A stretch of DNA of 64,000 nt from an uncultured Acidobacteriota bacterium (GTDB lineage: Bacteria; Acidobacteriota; Thermoanaerobaculia; Gp7-AA8): NCBI GenBank assembly GCA_963741955.1, contig CAVUKB010000005.1:448001-512000 (forward strand). Direction: 5' to 3'. How positions within the stretch are numbered: position 1 is the first letter of the stretch; each line of letters opens with the position of its first letter. Made by a program: the position numbers and the translations under genes. The notes beneath the pieces are model-generated. The model was not told where the DNA came from and did no database searches. It worked only from the letters and a program-made list of their open reading frames with translations. Of this stretch, positions 10,224 to 19,752 are shown piece by piece.

Positions 10224-13200
10224 ATGAGCAGACCGATGCGACGTTCGATACGACTTGTGGCCAGCCTCACGTTGATCGCGGGAGCGGTGCTGGTGATCGC
10301 GGAAGCTCCGCTCGCCGGCGATCCCACCCCCGAGAACGCCCTTCTCCGACAGTCGGCCGCAGATGCCGCTCACAAGAGCCGCGGTTGCATCAGCTGCCAT
10401 CACGGGATCGAGCCGATGCATTCTTCCCCTGCAGTGAGGCTCGGATGCACGGACTGCCACGGAGGCGATGCGTCCGCGATCTTCGTTCCCGGCAACGACG
10501 CGAAAGAGGTCGAGCTTCGCGCACACGTCCAACCCGTTCACCCCGAGCACTGGAGCCGCAACGGTCACCGATCCTCCGCCAATCCGGAGCGCTCTTACAC
10601 CTGGCTCAACGAGGAAACGCCCGAGTTCATCCGCTTCATCAATCCGGGCGATCTTCGCGTCGCGCCGGAGACCTGCGGAGCGTGTCACCCGAGCGAAGTG
10701 GTGCGCGTCCCTCGCAGCACCATGGCCACCAGTGCCACGTTCTGGGCCGCGGCCGCGTATGCGAACGGCATCCTCGATCTGAAGTACGGTGTGCTCGGCG
10801 AGAACTACACGCGCGATGGGCAACCTGGCGCGATCATTCCGAAAGCGAATCCGCAACAGCCTGATCCCGCGATGGGAAGCGTCCCTGCGCTCTACCCGCT
10901 TCCGCGATGGGAGCTCACCCAGCCGGGCGAGTACTTCCGCGCGTTCGAGCGCGGCGGCCGCTTGCAACCGACTACTCCTCCGGAGATCGGGAATCCGAAC
11001 CTCGAGGCCGAGCCCGGACGACCCGACATCCGCCTCAGCTCACGTGGCCGCGGGACCGGACTCCGGATCAGCCCCGCACTGATCAATCTCCACAAGACGC
11101 GCCTGAACGATCCGCATCTCTTTTTCCTCGGGACCAACGACCATCCCGGCGACTACCGTTCGAGCGGCTGCAGCGGATGCCATGTCGTTTATGCGAACGA
11201 CCGTGACCCGCTCCACTCCGGACCGTGGGCGGCGTATGGCAACACGGGGCTGTCCGCAACGAAAGACCCCACCATTCCTCACGACGAGAAGGGGCACCCG
11301 ATCGTCCACCGGCTCACCCGATCGATCCCCACCAGCCAGTGCATGTCCTGCCACATGCACCAGCCGAACTCTTTCCTCAACACATACCTCGGATACACCA
11401 TGTGGGACTACGAATCCGACGCCGATCTCCTCTTTCCGAAGGAGCAGCGGTATCCGACCGAGGAGGAGAAGCGAGCCAGTCTCGACCGGGATCCGGAAGG
11501 TGCTGCGGTGCGGGGCCTGTGGAGCAACGGGAAGTTCCTGGAGAACGTCCGTGACCTCAACGCAAAGGCGAAGCACACGCAATTCGCCGATTACCACGGA
11601 CACGGATGGATCTTCCAGGCGGTGTACCGCCGTGACCGGAAGGGACGGCTGCTCGACAAGGAAGGAAAGGTCGTCCCGTTCGACGATCCGCAGAAGTTCC
11701 AGAAGGCGGTCCATCTCGAAGACATCCACCTCGAGAAGGGAATGCACTGCGTCGATTGCCATTTCGACGTCGATTCTCACGGCAACGGGATGATCCACAC
11801 CGACTACGCCGCATCGATCGAGATCGAGTGTCAGGACTGCCATGGCACGATCGAGCGCACCTCGACGTTGCGGACGTCCGGCCCCGCCGCACCGGAGGGA
11901 GGAACGGATCTCTCTCTCGGCACGACGCCGTTCGGCCAGCGGCGGTTCGCGTGGCGTGGAGGAAGCCTCTACCAGCGGTCGATGCTCACACCCGGTCTGG
12001 AGTGGCGCGTCATTCAGGTCAAGGACAGCATCGATCCGGCTTCTCCCGACTACGACGAGCGCGCGGCGAGGGCGAAGACGATGCAACGCGACGGAACCAG
12101 CTGGGGCACGGCGGCCGGTCACGATCTCGCCCACCCCGAATCGGCGATGACCTGCGACAGCTGCCACTCGTCATGGATGACAAGCTGCTCCGGCTGTCAT
12201 CTGCCGCAGGAAGCGAACGTCCGCTCCCGGATGATCCGCTACGAGGGAAACACCACCCGCAACTACGCTTCGTACAATCCGGAGACCATCCGCACCGATG
12301 TCTTCATGCTCGGGATCAACGGAACGAACAAGGGACACCGCATCGCTCCGGTCCGCTCGTCCAGCGCGCTCGTTCTCAGCTCGACCAACGCGAGCCGCGA
12401 TCACATCTACATCCAGCAGCCGACCATTTCCGCTCCCGGGTTCAGCGGACAGGCGTTCAATCCTCACGTCCCTCACACCGTGCGCACCACCGAATCGAAG
12501 CAGTGCAGCGACTGCCATCTCTCGGAGGAGAACGACAACAACGCCTGGATGGCCCAGCTCCTCCTGCAGGGAACGGACTGGGTCAATCTCATCGGCCGTT
12601 ACGCGTGGGTCGCCGAAGAGAATGCAGGGCTCGAGGCGGTCGGAGTGACGGAGTGGGAAGAGCCGCAGGCGGTGATCGGATCGAGCCTCCAGTCGATCGT
12701 CTATCCCGACGACTACGCCGCGCATCAGAAGAGAAAGGGTGAGCTGGAGGTCGCACACCATCACCATGGCCATCAGGTGCGAAGCATCCAGCTTCGCGGC
12801 GAGTATCTCTACACCGCACAGGGAAGCGACGGATTGGTGGTGTACGACGTCGCCAACGTCGACAACAAGGACTTCTCCGAACGGATCGTCAGCGCACCGG
12901 TCTCGCCGCTGGGACAACGCACTTACGTCCGGACGAAGGACGCGACGTGCGTCGCACTTCCGACCACCATGCCGATGGCGCCGTCACGCAAGACGCCGCC
13001 ACTGAGTGGAGAGCAGAAGATCCACCCTATCTACCGCTATGCACTGATCGGAGATCGGGTGGAAGGAGTGGTGCTGGTCAACGTCGAGACGCTGACCGAC
13101 GGCGACCCGGAGAACAACTTCCTGAAGCGGGCGCTCACCTTCAACCCGGACGGTGCTCTCGATGGAACGACCGCGATCACCATCGCCGGCAACTACGCGT

Positions 13201-13922
13201 ACGTCGTCGGCGATCACGGATTGACGGTGCTCGACCTCGACGAGCCGCTCTCGCCGCGCATCGTCGCGAACGTCCCGGACATCGTGAAGGGCACCGGTGT
13301 CGACGTCCAGTTCCGCTACGCGTTCGTGACGGATCAGGACGGACTGAAAGTGGTCGACATCACGTTTCCGGAAAAGCCGGCGATCGTCGCACGACTCCCG
13401 ATCGAAGACGCTCACGGCGTGTACGTGGCCCGCACTTACGCCTACGTCGCAGGAGGCCGCAACGGAATGGTCATCGTCGACGTCGAGAACCCGGAGAGAC
13501 CGTTCGTCGACCAGACCTTCACCGGCGGCGTGCTGCGCGACACGCGCGACATCAAGATCGGATCGACCAACGCGAGTCTTTTCGCCTACGTCGCAGACGG
13601 GACGAACGGATTCCACGTCGTGCAGCTGACCTCGCCGGACCGTACACCAGGATACGAGGGATTCAGTCCTCGTCCGGCGCCCGTTCTGATCGCGAGCCGG
13701 AAGACCGAAGGCCCCGCAGTGGCTCTCTCGAGAGGCCTCGATCGCGACCGTGCGGTGGACGAGAGCGGCAATCAGGTCGCGGTCTTCAACCGGATCGGAG
13801 CGCGTCCGATGAATCTCCAGGAGATGCAGAGACTCTATCTGCGAGACGGAAAGATCTACCGGGTGAGTGACCGCCCGACGGCTCCCGAGAAGCACGACTC
13901 GCAACGGAGAAAAGAGCGATGA
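10224..13922 (+). CDS. Large decaheme cytochrome c with C-terminal LVIVD-repeat beta-propeller
   Basis: Signal peptide, 10 CxxCH motifs, repeated YAYV..GL.V.D units. Confidence 0.88.
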   Translation: MSRPMRRSIRLVASLTLIAGAVLVIAEAPLAGDPTPENALLRQSAADAAHKSRGCISCHHGIEPMHSSPAVRLGCTDCHGGDASAIFVPGNDAKEVELRAHVQPVHPEHWSRNGHRSSANPERSYTWLNEETPEFIRFINPGDLRVAPETCGACHPSEVVRVPRSTMATSATFWAAAAYANGILDLKYGVLGENYTRDGQPGAIIPKANPQQPDPAMGSVPALYPLPRWELTQPGEYFRAFERGGRLQPTTPPEIGNPNLEAEPGRPDIRLSSRGRGTGLRISPALINLHKTRLNDPHLFFLGTNDHPGDYRSSGCSGCHVVYANDRDPLHSGPWAAYGNTGLSATKDPTIPHDEKGHPIVHRLTRSIPTSQCMSCHMHQPNSFLNTYLGYTMWDYESDADLLFPKEQRYPTEEEKRASLDRDPEGAAVRGLWSNGKFLENVRDLNAKAKHTQFADYHGHGWIFQAVYRRDRKGRLLDKEGKVVPFDDPQKFQKAVHLEDIHLEKGMHCVDCHFDVDSHGNGMIHTDYAASIEIECQDCHGTIERTSTLRTSGPAAPEGGTDLSLGTTPFGQRRFAWRGGSLYQRSMLTPGLEWRVIQVKDSIDPASPDYDERAARAKTMQRDGTSWGTAAGHDLAHPESAMTCDSCHSSWMTSCSGCHLPQEANVRSRMIRYEGNTTRNYASYNPETIRTDVFMLGINGTNKGHRIAPVRSSSALVLSSTNASRDHIYIQQPTISAPGFSGQAFNPHVPHTVRTTESKQCSDCHLSEENDNNAWMAQLLLQGTDWVNLIGRYAWVAEENAGLEAVGVTEWEEPQAVIGSSLQSIVYPDDYAAHQKRKGELEVAHHHHGHQVRSIQLRGEYLYTAQGSDGLVVYDVANVDNKDFSERIVSAPVSPLGQRTYVRTKDATCVALPTTMPMAPSRKTPPLSGEQKIHPIYRYALIGDRVEGVVLVNVETLTDGDPENNFLKRALTFNPDGALDGTTAITIAGNYAYVVGDHGLTVLDLDEPLSPRIVANVPDIVKGTGVDVQFRYAFVTDQDGLKVVDITFPEKPAIVARLPIEDAHGVYVARTYAYVAGGRNGMVIVDVENPERPFVDQTFTGGVLRDTRDIKIGSTNASLFAYVADGTNGFHVVQLTSPDRTPGYEGFSPRPAPVLIASRKTEGPAVALSRGLDRDRAVDESGNQVAVFNRIGARPMNLQEMQRLYLRDGKIYRVSDRPTAPEKHDSQRRKER

Positions 13923-15310
13923 ACATCAGCCGCAACCCACACCGAGCTCCGGGCAGGCGGGCTCAATCGATCTCGATCCCGGGTTGGTTCGCCCTGATCC
14001 TTCTCCTCGGATCCGGATCCGTGCCGGCCGCTCTCGCACAGATGACACCCGCAGCCGAGACTCCGGTCCTGAAGGAAGGGATGTACGTCGGGCCGGTCTC
14101 CTGCGCCGCGTCCGGATGCCACGGCAGTCCTGCACCGGTCGAGGGTGCGAAAGTGCTGATGAACGAGTACGACACCTGGCTCCACGCTCCTTCACCGACG
14201 CACGTACATGCGTGGGAAGTTCTTCTTCAGCCACTCTCCAGACGGATCGCGAAGAACCTCGGCCTCGAACAACCGCCCGAGAAATCGTCGGTCTGCATCG
14301 CCTGCCATTCGATGAACGTTCCGCAGAACCTGCAGGCCACGACCGGAGCGCTGGAGATCGCCGACGGCGTCTCGTGTGAAGGATGTCACGGGCCGGCCGG
14401 AGGATGGCTGGCCGGACACACCAGCGACGGGTGGTCGCACGCCGATTCCGTGGCGAAGGGAATGACCGATCTCAAGGACCTCCCGACCCGCGCTCGAACC
14501 TGTCTCGGCTGCCACATGGGCAACGACTCCAGGGAAGTCAACCACGACATGATCGCCTCCGGGCATCCGATCCTGAACTTCGAGCTCGACAACTTCTCGG
14601 GCAGTCCTCTCATGCCGAATCACTGGAAACCTGACCCCGCGCGGGACGGTGTGCCTGCGTGGGCCGTCGGACAAGTGGTTGCGCAACGCGAAGAAGCGGC
14701 CAACCTCGTCCGGCATGCCAACGGACCGCAGTGGCCCGAGTTCACGCACATGAGCTGCGCGAGTTGTCACCATCCCCTGAGGGAGGGAGAGTGGAGACAG
14801 GAGCGCGGATACCGCTACCGCCCCGGAATGCCTCTCCGGAGCCAGGCCCGATGGCTGGTGCTTCGTCACATCGTCGAAACCGCGGCCCCGCAGGAGTCCG
14901 CGCCGCTGACGGAAGAGATGGCGCAACTCTCCGACGCCGTCGGCCGGATGAAGGATCGAGCACGCATCGCGGAGCTCGCCGGTGCGGTGGAGGGCCGCCT
15001 CGATCGCGTTCTTCCGGCCGTGCAGGCGAAGAACTGGACGGACGCCGACGTCCGGAAGATGGTCGGCCTGATCGCCGGAGATGCCGATCGTTACGAGATC
15101 GCCGACCGGCAATCGGCCGAACAGGCCACCCTTGCCCTCATCTCTCTGGTCAGTCAACTCGATCGCTCCTCCCGCGGATCGATGTCGGGCACCGTCGACC
15201 AGCTCTATCAGCTCCTCCAGCGGCTCCGCTATCCCGACGAATACGACCGGAAGGAATTCGCCTCGACGCTACGTACGCTGCTGAAGCCTTCGACCGCGCC
15301 TGTGGGTTGA
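13919..15310 (+). CDS. Multiheme cytochrome c (c554-like N-domain plus helical C-domain)
   Basis: Signal peptide. YVGPVSC AASGCH (CX4CH) plus 4 CxxCH, including GVSCEGCHGP typical of c554-like domains. Confidence 0.85.
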   Translation: MNISRNPHRAPGRRAQSISIPGWFALILLLGSGSVPAALAQMTPAAETPVLKEGMYVGPVSCAASGCHGSPAPVEGAKVLMNEYDTWLHAPSPTHVHAWEVLLQPLSRRIAKNLGLEQPPEKSSVCIACHSMNVPQNLQATTGALEIADGVSCEGCHGPAGGWLAGHTSDGWSHADSVAKGMTDLKDLPTRARTCLGCHMGNDSREVNHDMIASGHPILNFELDNFSGSPLMPNHWKPDPARDGVPAWAVGQVVAQREEAANLVRHANGPQWPEFTHMSCASCHHPLREGEWRQERGYRYRPGMPLRSQARWLVLRHIVETAAPQESAPLTEEMAQLSDAVGRMKDRARIAELAGAVEGRLDRVLPAVQAKNWTDADVRKMVGLIAGDADRYEIADRQSAEQATLALISLVSQLDRSSRGSMSGTVDQLYQLLQRLRYPDEYDRKEFASTLRTLLKPSTAPVG

Positions 15311-16362
15311 GCGCTCCGCCCGATGCAGGGCGGGGTATGTGGGTTGGGCGTCCCGCCCGATGCAGGGCGGGGTATGTGGGTTGGGCGTCCTCGCCCGATG
15401 CAGGGCGGGGTCCCGCGCCGCCCTGCCCAGCGCAAGTTACGACGATCCTCCCGAGTAAAGAGACTCGAACGCACAACCTCCCGAGAGGAACGATTCGCGT
15501 TTCGTTGACACCATCGCTCCCCGGCACGATGCCGGGGAGCCTCGCGCAGGATGCGCGACCCACTATGTGGGTTGGGCGTCCTCGCCCGATGCAGGGCGGC
15601 GTCCAGCGCCGCCCTGCCCAGCGCAAGCTACGACGATCCTTCCGAGTAGAGAGACGCGAATGCACAACCTCCCGAGAGGAACGATTCGCGTTTCGTTGAC
15701 ACCATCGCTCCCCGGCACGATGCCGGGGAGCCTCGCGCAGGATGCGCGACCCACTATGTGGGTTGGGCGTCCCGCCCGATGCAGGGCGGGGTATGTGGGT
15801 TGGGCGTCCCGCCCGATGCAGGGCGGGGTATGTGGGTTGGGCGTCCCGCCCGATGCAGGGCGGGGTATGTGGGTTGGGCGTCCCGCCCGATGCAGGGCGG
15901 CGTCCAGCGCCGCCCTGCCCAGCGCAAGCTAGGACCCCCCGAGTAGAGAGACACGAACGCACCGCCTCCCGAGAGGAACGATTCGCGTTTCGTTGACACC
16001 ATCGCTCCCCGGCACGATGCCGGGGAGCCTCGCGCAGGATGCGCGACCCACTATGTGGGTTGGGCGTCCTCGCCCGATGCAGGGCGGGGTCCCGCGCCGC
16101 CCTGCCCAGCGCAAGTTACGACGATCCTCCCGAGTAAAGAGACTCGAACGCACAACCTCCCGAGAGGAACGATTCGCGTTTCGTTGACACCATCGCTCCC
16201 CGGCACGATGCCGGGGAGCCTCGCGCAGGATGCGCGACCCACTATGTGGGTTGGGCGTCCCGCCCGATGCAGGGCGGCGTCCCGCGCCGCCCTGCCCAGC
16301 GCAAGCTACGACGATCCTCTCGAGTAACGAGACGCGAACGCACCACAGCGCGAGAGGAACGA
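15301..16362. repeat. Tandem array of REP/REPIN-like units (family A): ~190-bp long units plus 37-bp short units
   Basis: Long units at 15375, 15566, 15868, 16054 and 16245 (partial). 37-bp TGTGGGTTGGGCGTCCCGCCCGATGCAGGGCGGGGTA at 15301, 15338, 15757, 15794, 15831. Internal palindromes, e.g. CTCCCCGGCA-CGA-TGCCGGGGAG. Confidence 0.92.
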
Positions 16363-16404
16363 CAGGAGCTTCTTCCTCCGGGCCGAAAGATGTTCAGGAG
16401 AGCG

Positions 16405-18360
16405 TCAGCGTCCCGCGGTCTCTTCCTTCCCTGCGCGGGCGAGCGGATCCGCGGCGCGAGCGGCCGCGCGCAGCTGGTCCGGCGTGAGGAGATCGAGCTG
16501 CGGCAGAAGTGGCCGTCCCGAATCGAGTCCGGCGATCTCGCTCCGGTGGTGATCCATCCACGAAACCAGATCGCGGATCACCCGAAGGTTCGCCTGACCG
16601 TGCGGGGTCTGGTCGCCGAGGTTCGGATGCAGGATCCCGCCGGAAAGTGCGAGGCGGGGAAGCTCGGCGAACGCGATCTCCGAGAGCTTCGCGCGATACT
16701 CCAGCTCCTCGTTCGATTTGATTCCGAGCTCTTTGTCGATCACGTGCCGTCCTTCGTGCGCGAAGATCGATGATCCGCGAGTGGCGTCTTCGACTTTGCG
16801 CAGAAATGCGGTGCGGAGATCGGCATTTTTCAGCCCCTGCGACTGCAGATCTGAGCGGACACTCTCGAGCGATGCACGTTCGAGCCGGCCTCGCAGTCCG
16901 GGAAGAAATGCGTGCGGATCCTTCCGTGCGATCGCGTCGTCGGCGGAGGAATCGCGCGCAATCTCCTCATCCCACTTCCGGCGCTGATCCGGATCGGTGA
17001 GCCGGTTCCATGAGTTCACCGGCCCGTTCGCATACGCCGCCCGCACCTGGTAGATCGCATTCGGTTTCGCCCAGCCTCCGTGCTGAGACCTGAAGTCCCA
17101 GGCCCACGACTCGAATCCATTCGAGACCATGTCGTCCAGAACAATAAGCCGCACCTTCACCTCATGGCCGTACTGCTCCACGCTCTGGTCCGTATCCGAG
17201 ACCTCGTGTCCCAGGTGGAGATCGAGGTATCCGGCGGTGATTCCGACGTTGAGGTACGCGCCGTATCGCGCGCCGAGCGCCTGGTTGACGATGGGTCCCG
17301 TGGTCTCGAGCAGCTTCTTGAACGACGCGACGTCTGCACCAGGGGGAACGACCGGTGCCTTCCCCGGAAGCTGGAGCGAGTCCCATCGCGCAACCAACTC
17401 GCCCATCAGGGAGTGGAGCCAGGCCGGGCCGTCTCCTCTCCCGATCGCGAGCTTTCGGTAGTACTCGTTCGTGAGCGGCTCGATCGCTTCGATCAGATCG
17501 GCGTAAGCGAGGAGCGGCGCGAGATCCTCGCGAGCGCTCTCCGGGATCTCGTAGCGAGAAGCGACCAGCGAAGCATCGTGGAAGAAGCGGCTCGCACCGA
17601 GCGCACCGACCAGCTTCGCGTTGACCTCCGGATTCGAACCGTCCCATCCCGGGAGGATCTTCACCAGCGTGCCGTACGAAGGGCGCATCAGATTGTACGG
17701 TTCCCCTCCGGGAGGAACTCTGTAATACGACCGCCACGCTTCGAGAGCCGCTGGGCCGTCGTGATTGAGCAGCGCCGCCCGAAGAAGAAGCCTGGATGAT
17801 TCGAGCTCTCCCGGCTGGTCGTCCACCAGCGCCTTCAGCACCGGCTCCAACTCTTCCCCGATCTCCGGTCCCGCGTCCGGGGGGAGAGGTATCTTCTCGA
17901 TCTCGTGCATTGCTGCGGCAGCCCAGAGGAGACGCGCGCTCCTGGCCCGGCTTTCGAGGTCGGCGTGCAGCAGCGCGCGGAGTGCGGCATCGCGCGCCGT
18001 CGCGAAGCGGCCTCTCGCGTCCTCCAGCCGGGAGATCATCGCCCACGCATCCGAGCTCTTCTTTCCTTCGCGAATCACACCGTGCAGCAGTGCCTGCGCA
18101 TGATCGTCGTTCCCGTAGTAACGCCATTCCAGCAACGCGAGCCGGAGCTGCGCCTTCGCCCGGTCGTCTCCCGCTTCCGATGCCGCCACGCTCCGGTACA
18201 GCACCGCGGCCCGTCCTATGTCGTGTGCAGCGAACGCCCGGTCTGCCGCAGTGAGAGAGACTTCCGTTTCGGCGGCGCTCGAGAAGAGAGGAAAGGTGAT
18301 CAGCGCGACGAAGACGATCAGGATTGCGGTTCTGCGATCGATGCACATGGGCAGCTCCAT
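16405..18360 (-). CDS. Secreted TPR-like protein with C-terminal HExxH (putative Zn metallopeptidase)
   Basis: Signal peptide, Ala-rich helical repeats, SIFAHEGRH followed by a downstream Glu (ELEYRA). Confidence 0.7.
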   Translation of the reverse strand: MELPMCIDRRTAILIVFVALITFPLFSSAAETEVSLTAADRAFAAHDIGRAAVLYRSVAASEAGDDRAKAQLRLALLEWRYYGNDDHAQALLHGVIREGKKSSDAWAMISRLEDARGRFATARDAALRALLHADLESRARSARLLWAAAAMHEIEKIPLPPDAGPEIGEELEPVLKALVDDQPGELESSRLLLRAALLNHDGPAALEAWRSYYRVPPGGEPYNLMRPSYGTLVKILPGWDGSNPEVNAKLVGALGASRFFHDASLVASRYEIPESAREDLAPLLAYADLIEAIEPLTNEYYRKLAIGRGDGPAWLHSLMGELVARWDSLQLPGKAPVVPPGADVASFKKLLETTGPIVNQALGARYGAYLNVGITAGYLDLHLGHEVSDTDQSVEQYGHEVKVRLIVLDDMVSNGFESWAWDFRSQHGGWAKPNAIYQVRAAYANGPVNSWNRLTDPDQRRKWDEEIARDSSADDAIARKDPHAFLPGLRGRLERASLESVRSDLQSQGLKNADLRTAFLRKVEDATRGSSIFAHEGRHVIDKELGIKSNEELEYRAKLSEIAFAELPRLALSGGILHPNLGDQTPHGQANLRVIRDLVSWMDHHRSEIAGLDSGRPLLPQLDLLTPDQLRAAARAADPLARAGKEETAGR

Positions 18361-18403
18361 TCGAGTGCGGCGCTTTCGCCGGCATCAGTTCTGTATCGAC
18401 TCT

Positions 18404-18432
18404 GGGTGCATACTGTACCCATTTAAGGTACA
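18404..18432. promoter_or_regulatory. Putative GntR operator between divergent genes
   Basis: TGTACC-N7-GGTACA (18414-18432) overlapping imperfect GGGTGCA-N3-TGTACCC in an AT-richer intergenic gap. Confidence 0.5.
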
Positions 18433-18458
18433 CTACGCAATGACGGAAGCGTGACGGA

Positions 18459-19403
18459 ATGGACCCCACCCGAAATGACACCCGAGCCACACGCCTGGTG
18501 CAGCACTGCACCTACATGATCGCCACGGGAAAGTGGCGCCCAGGGGGGAGGCTCCCCTCGATTCGCGCCATCCGGCAGGAATGGGGACTGAACCAGAGCG
18601 CCGTGCAGTCGGCGTATGGCGCACTGGTGGAGGCTGGACTGGTCGAGAGCCGCGACCGCTCGGGCTACTTCGTCCGCGGCGGCGGCGAGATCGACCACAT
18701 CTCCCGGCATCGTCGGACTCTCTCCCGGATCCGTCACCGGATCTCCGAGATGGTTCGCGAGGAATCGGATCTTTCGCTGCTCGGGACTCTTCGCTATCTC
18801 ACCTCCCTCGAGGAGATCGAGCAGCTGCAGGAGCCCCGGGTCGCGTTCGTCGAGTGCACTCGCCTCCAGGCGGAGTCGCATGCCGCGGAGATCAGCGAGC
18901 GCCTCCAGATCCCCGTCGTTCCTCTGCTCCTCAGAGAGATGGAGAGACGCCGCCGGCCGCTTCCTCACCACGTCGAAACGGTCCTCACCTCCTCGTTTCA
19001 TTTCCAGAAGGTGAAGTCGATTCTTCATTCGCAGCCGGTTCGCCTCGCCCCCGTTCCGATTGAAGTTTCCCCGGAGCTCCACGGGCGAATCATCGATCCG
19101 AAAAAGCCGCTCGTCCTCCTCGAGAGCGAAGAGACCATGGCCGCCGATATCGCGCGCGATTCCGCGGCGATCCTCGGGCGAAAACCGGATGTGCAGATCG
19201 TTGACGATCCGGGACCGGTTCTCGCACTCCTGCTCGGCGGTGGGCGCAGGAAGAGGAATGCTCCGATCGTACTTCTTTCCCCGCGACTCTGGGGGAACCT
19301 CGACGAGACGTGGCGGTCCCACCCGAACGTCCTTCAGGTGTCGTTCCGAATCGCGGCGACTGCGTGGCCGCGCATCGCGGAGGAGTGCGGTCTGCCGTTC
19401 TGA
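18459..19403 (+). CDS. GntR-family transcriptional regulator
   Basis: wHTH motif GKWRPGGRLPSIR..AYGALVEAGLVESRDRSGYFV. Confidence 0.88.
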   Translation: MDPTRNDTRATRLVQHCTYMIATGKWRPGGRLPSIRAIRQEWGLNQSAVQSAYGALVEAGLVESRDRSGYFVRGGGEIDHISRHRRTLSRIRHRISEMVREESDLSLLGTLRYLTSLEEIEQLQEPRVAFVECTRLQAESHAAEISERLQIPVVPLLLREMERRRRPLPHHVETVLTSSFHFQKVKSILHSQPVRLAPVPIEVSPELHGRIIDPKKPLVLLESEETMAADIARDSAAILGRKPDVQIVDDPGPVLALLLGGGRRKRNAPIVLLSPRLWGNLDETWRSHPNVLQVSFRIAATAWPRIAEECGLPF

Positions 19404-19752
19404 CGGAGCGCCCCCTCTTGTTCAAGCGAATGCGGGATGGCGTTTGTGGGTTGGGCGTCCTCGCCCGATGCAGGGCGGGGTCCCGCGCCGCCCTGCCCCG
19501 CGCAAGTTACGACGATCCTTCCGAGTAGAAAGACTCGAACGCACCACAGCGCGAGAGGAACGATTCGCGTGTCGTTGACGCCATCGCTCCCCGGCACGAT
19601 GCCGGGGAGCCTCGCGCAGGATGCGCGACCCACTGTGCAGGGTGGCCACTGTGGGTTGGGCGTCTTCGCCCGATGCAGGGCGGGGTATGTGGGTTGGGCG
19701 TCCCGCCCGATGCAGGGCGGCGTCCAGCGCCGCCCTGCCCAGCGCAAGCTAG

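Noticed and set aside
15375-15400. GTTGGGCGTC in family-A repeats as attC R' boxes (same 10-mer at 42746)
   Set aside because: No upstream RYYYAAC or L boxes and no cassette ORFs. A chance match is likely in GC-rich DNA.
15150-16487. Many short ORFs with repeated peptides (MQGGVCGLG.., MGWASSPD..), also at 19.3-19.9, 21.3-22.4 and 54.0-54.5 kb
   Set aside because: These are translations of GC-rich palindromic repeats, with no RBS or coding signature.
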